Source: Phoronis australis (lineage: Eukaryota > Animalia > Phoronida). Taken from it: DNA of 64,000 bases. The notes beneath the pieces are model-generated. The model did not search any database, was not told the origin of the DNA, and was given only the letters and a program-made list of their open reading frames with translations. Positions 62,132-64,000 of this stretch are shown here, piece after piece (positions within the stretch are counted from its first letter, which is position 1; the number at the start of each line of letters is the position of its first letter). The stretch is taken from assembly GCA_002633005.1 (NCBI GenBank), contig NMRA01000178.1, forward strand, positions 472,062-536,061, in the 5' to 3' direction. The position numbers were made by a program, and so were the translations under genes.

Positions 62132-64000
62132 ATGGCGGAGGTGGCCCAGTTGGTCAATTCATGGGTTTCAGTGGGTAACAAAAATTCCTATAAGTTAACT
62201 GGAAATAATAACACCAGCAACAAACACGGAAGAAACCAACGAGGTCCAGGCATAACTATGATACGAAACCCAGCCTACGTTTGGGCTGATGCAAGCTTGA
62301 ATACTTATTGTACCAGTGCTCCGGCGGCACACAGTGACATCTTGAAGACATTAGAAAAAAGGGTCCCAACATGGAAACACAGAGGAACTGAAAAGGATAG
62401 AGAAAGAAAGGCACAGAGTGTGATATCTAGAATGTACAATTTAAACGATATCCGCGATCCTGCTTACGTTCCAATGTTCAATTCAAATTCTTTGCCTATG
62501 CCGATGTCTGCTAATAACTCCTCTGAGCAATCCATGATTACGCTAAGTGATAACTTTGTTAGAAAACAGAAGAAAAGATATGAAAAGCGAAACTACAGCA
62601 GCAGAAATAGTCGAATTGGACGAGGCATCCTGAAAGCCAAAGGAAGCGGTGGCTCAGGGAAACGGATTAAACTTCTAATTGATGACTCTGACACGCGAGA
62701 CAGCAGCAAAGATCCAGGGAGAGACGACTCGTCCACCGACGCGTCCGGATATCATCGACAGGCTACACAAAAGAAGAAGAAAAAGAAGGCACCAAAACAA
62801 GTACAACTTGGAGACGACGACAACGAAAAAACTACTAATAAAAAGAAGAAAAAGAAGAAACGTCCGCCGGGAGTCGAAGATGAAAGAATGGGAAATAAAA
62901 GACATTCCCCAGATCACCCAACTGATCCTAAAAGAAAAAGAAAGGGTGGGAAGAAAAAAGGAAAAGGAAAATCGCCTTCTTCTGAGGATAATATAGGGCG
63001 TAAAGGAGGGAAGCCTAAAGGGTCCAAGAGAAAAAGAACGTCTTCCGAAGACAGTGCAAGCAATAAGCCTAAGGAAAAGATGCAACATGGCCGTAAAAAA
63101 GGAAAAACGACATCTGGTGACGGAGGGGACAAACGGCGTGACCGCAAAAAAGGAAGAACATCGTCTGACTACAGTGCAGATAGCACAGGGAGCAAACATC
63201 GTGGCCACAAAAGGGGAAGAACAAAGTCTGATGACAGCGCAGACAGCAGAGGGAGGACACATCGTGGCCACAAAAAACGAAAGTCATCGTCTGATGACAG
63301 CGCAGATAGTAGAGGAGAGAAACGGGGTGGCCACAAAAAAGAAAAGACGTCATCTGGCGACAAGGCAGGAAGCAAGGGAAAGAAACGTCATGAGGTCAAA
63401 AAACGAAAGACTTCCTCTGAGGAAAGTGCAGGCAGCGAACGGGGAAAGAAAAGAAAGAGAAGCATTAAAGAAATAGAAGGTAGCCATGATAGAAAGCGTT
63501 CACAAAGATCGGTCTTAAGTAAATTAAAGGGTAAGAAAACTATTAAAGGAAGAGCGAAGAAGGGACCTGATAAAGGGTCTTCACGAGACAGTGGAATCCG
63601 TAAACATGGAAGCAGAGGGTCATTGAAAGGAGGTCCAGGTGGTAAAGCGAGGGGCAGAGGTAAAGGAAGTCAACAGAGTTTACATGGGCGAGGAAGAGGA
63701 ATGACTGAAGGAGTTGGTCGAGGAAGAGGACGAGGCCGGGGAAGAGGGCGGAAAGGGCTTAGGCAGGGGGATGAAGAAGAGGCTACCCAGAAAATAGGCA
63801 CCGGAAGGCGACTACACGATCTTTATAATATTGGGAAAGGGTTTGTTGGTGATCTACTAAACGTATGGCGACGGGTTGCTTCCTATGAAGGAGAGGGGAG
63901 GAAGAGAGATCCGTCTCATATTCCCAAGTTTGTGAGCAATCGTCCAGGCAAGACCTACCGATCAGGTCGTCATTACACTGTTCCACGAAGTACGAAGGAA
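62132..64000 (+). CDS. Cluster gene I, at least 623 aa, runs off the window: basic protein with 21-aa S-D/E + K/R repeats, RG repeats and YRSGRHYTVPR motif
   Basis: aacATGG at 62132 after an in-frame stop at 62066; I read no stop to base 64000 (so it is absent from the ORF track); MAEVAQLVNSW...IRNPAYV...IRDPAYV...GRGRGRGRGRG...YRSGRHYTVPRSTKE. Confidence 0.85.
   Translation, partial: MAEVAQLVNSWVSVGNKNSYKLTGNNNTSNKHGRNQRGPGITMIRNPAYVWADASLNTYCTSAPAAHSDILKTLEKRVPTWKHRGTEKDRERKAQSVISRMYNLNDIRDPAYVPMFNSNSLPMPMSANNSSEQSMITLSDNFVRKQKKRYEKRNYSSRNSRIGRGILKAKGSGGSGKRIKLLIDDSDTRDSSKDPGRDDSSTDASGYHRQATQKKKKKKAPKQVQLGDDDNEKTTNKKKKKKKRPPGVEDERMGNKRHSPDHPTDPKRKRKGGKKKGKGKSPSSEDNIGRKGGKPKGSKRKRTSSEDSASNKPKEKMQHGRKKGKTTSGDGGDKRRDRKKGRTSSDYSADSTGSKHRGHKRGRTKSDDSADSRGRTHRGHKKRKSSSDDSADSRGEKRGGHKKEKTSSGDKAGSKGKKRHEVKKRKTSSEESAGSERGKKRKRSIKEIEGSHDRKRSQRSVLSKLKGKKTIKGRAKKGPDKGSSRDSGIRKHGSRGSLKGGPGGKARGRGKGSQQSLHGRGRGMTEGVGRGRGRGRGRGRKGLRQGDEEEATQKIGTGRRLHDLYNIGKGFVGDLLNVWRRVASYEGEGRKRDPSHIPKFVSNRPGKTYRSGRHYTVPRSTKE
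62981..63460 (+). repeat. Coding ~63-bp (21-aa) degenerate tandem repeat, ~8 units
   Basis: For example SDYSADSTGSKHRGHKRGRTK / SDDSADSRGRTHRGHKKRKSS / SDDSADSRGEKRGGHKKEKTS / SGDKAGSKGKKRHEVKKRKTS. Confidence 0.85.

Noticed and set aside
43077-63375. Phe/Leu-rich minus-strand ORFs that look like membrane proteins
   Set aside because: Antisense of A-rich Lys/Arg codon tracts in genes D, F, G, H and I.

Overview
AT-rich (~40% GC by eye) eukaryotic, animal-type genomic DNA with GT-AG introns, AATAAA signals, many small non-autonomous transposons and several single-N/N-run assembly joins. The left half holds a 3-exon minus-strand gene for a Ser/Arg/Pro-rich protein (1320-6268), a decayed KolX/P2X7-C-terminal-like fragment (~11.7-12.1 kb), a 2-exon condensation-domain (CoA-dependent acyltransferase fold) gene (22924-25211) and a Helentron/DINE-like element carrying six phased CTCF-type motifs (27916-29447). 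The right half (33.8 kb to the window end) is a co-oriented tandem array of about 9-10 plus-strand genes with no family I recognise. They typically combine a Lys/Arg/Ser-rich protamine- or cylicin-like exon with a Cys/Pro-rich (CGP/CCxP) exon through phase-1 introns. Short shared motifs (NN[SA]AxI, [MV]PG[FI]G, VT[NS]Y[VI]N, YRxxRHYT[IV]PR) indicate a diverged paralogue family, plausibly sperm chromatin or structural proteins (inference). A THAP-encoding Kolobok transposon, Penelope fragments, a MULE-like element and other repeats interrupt the array. All gene models are manual readings and need RNA-seq.
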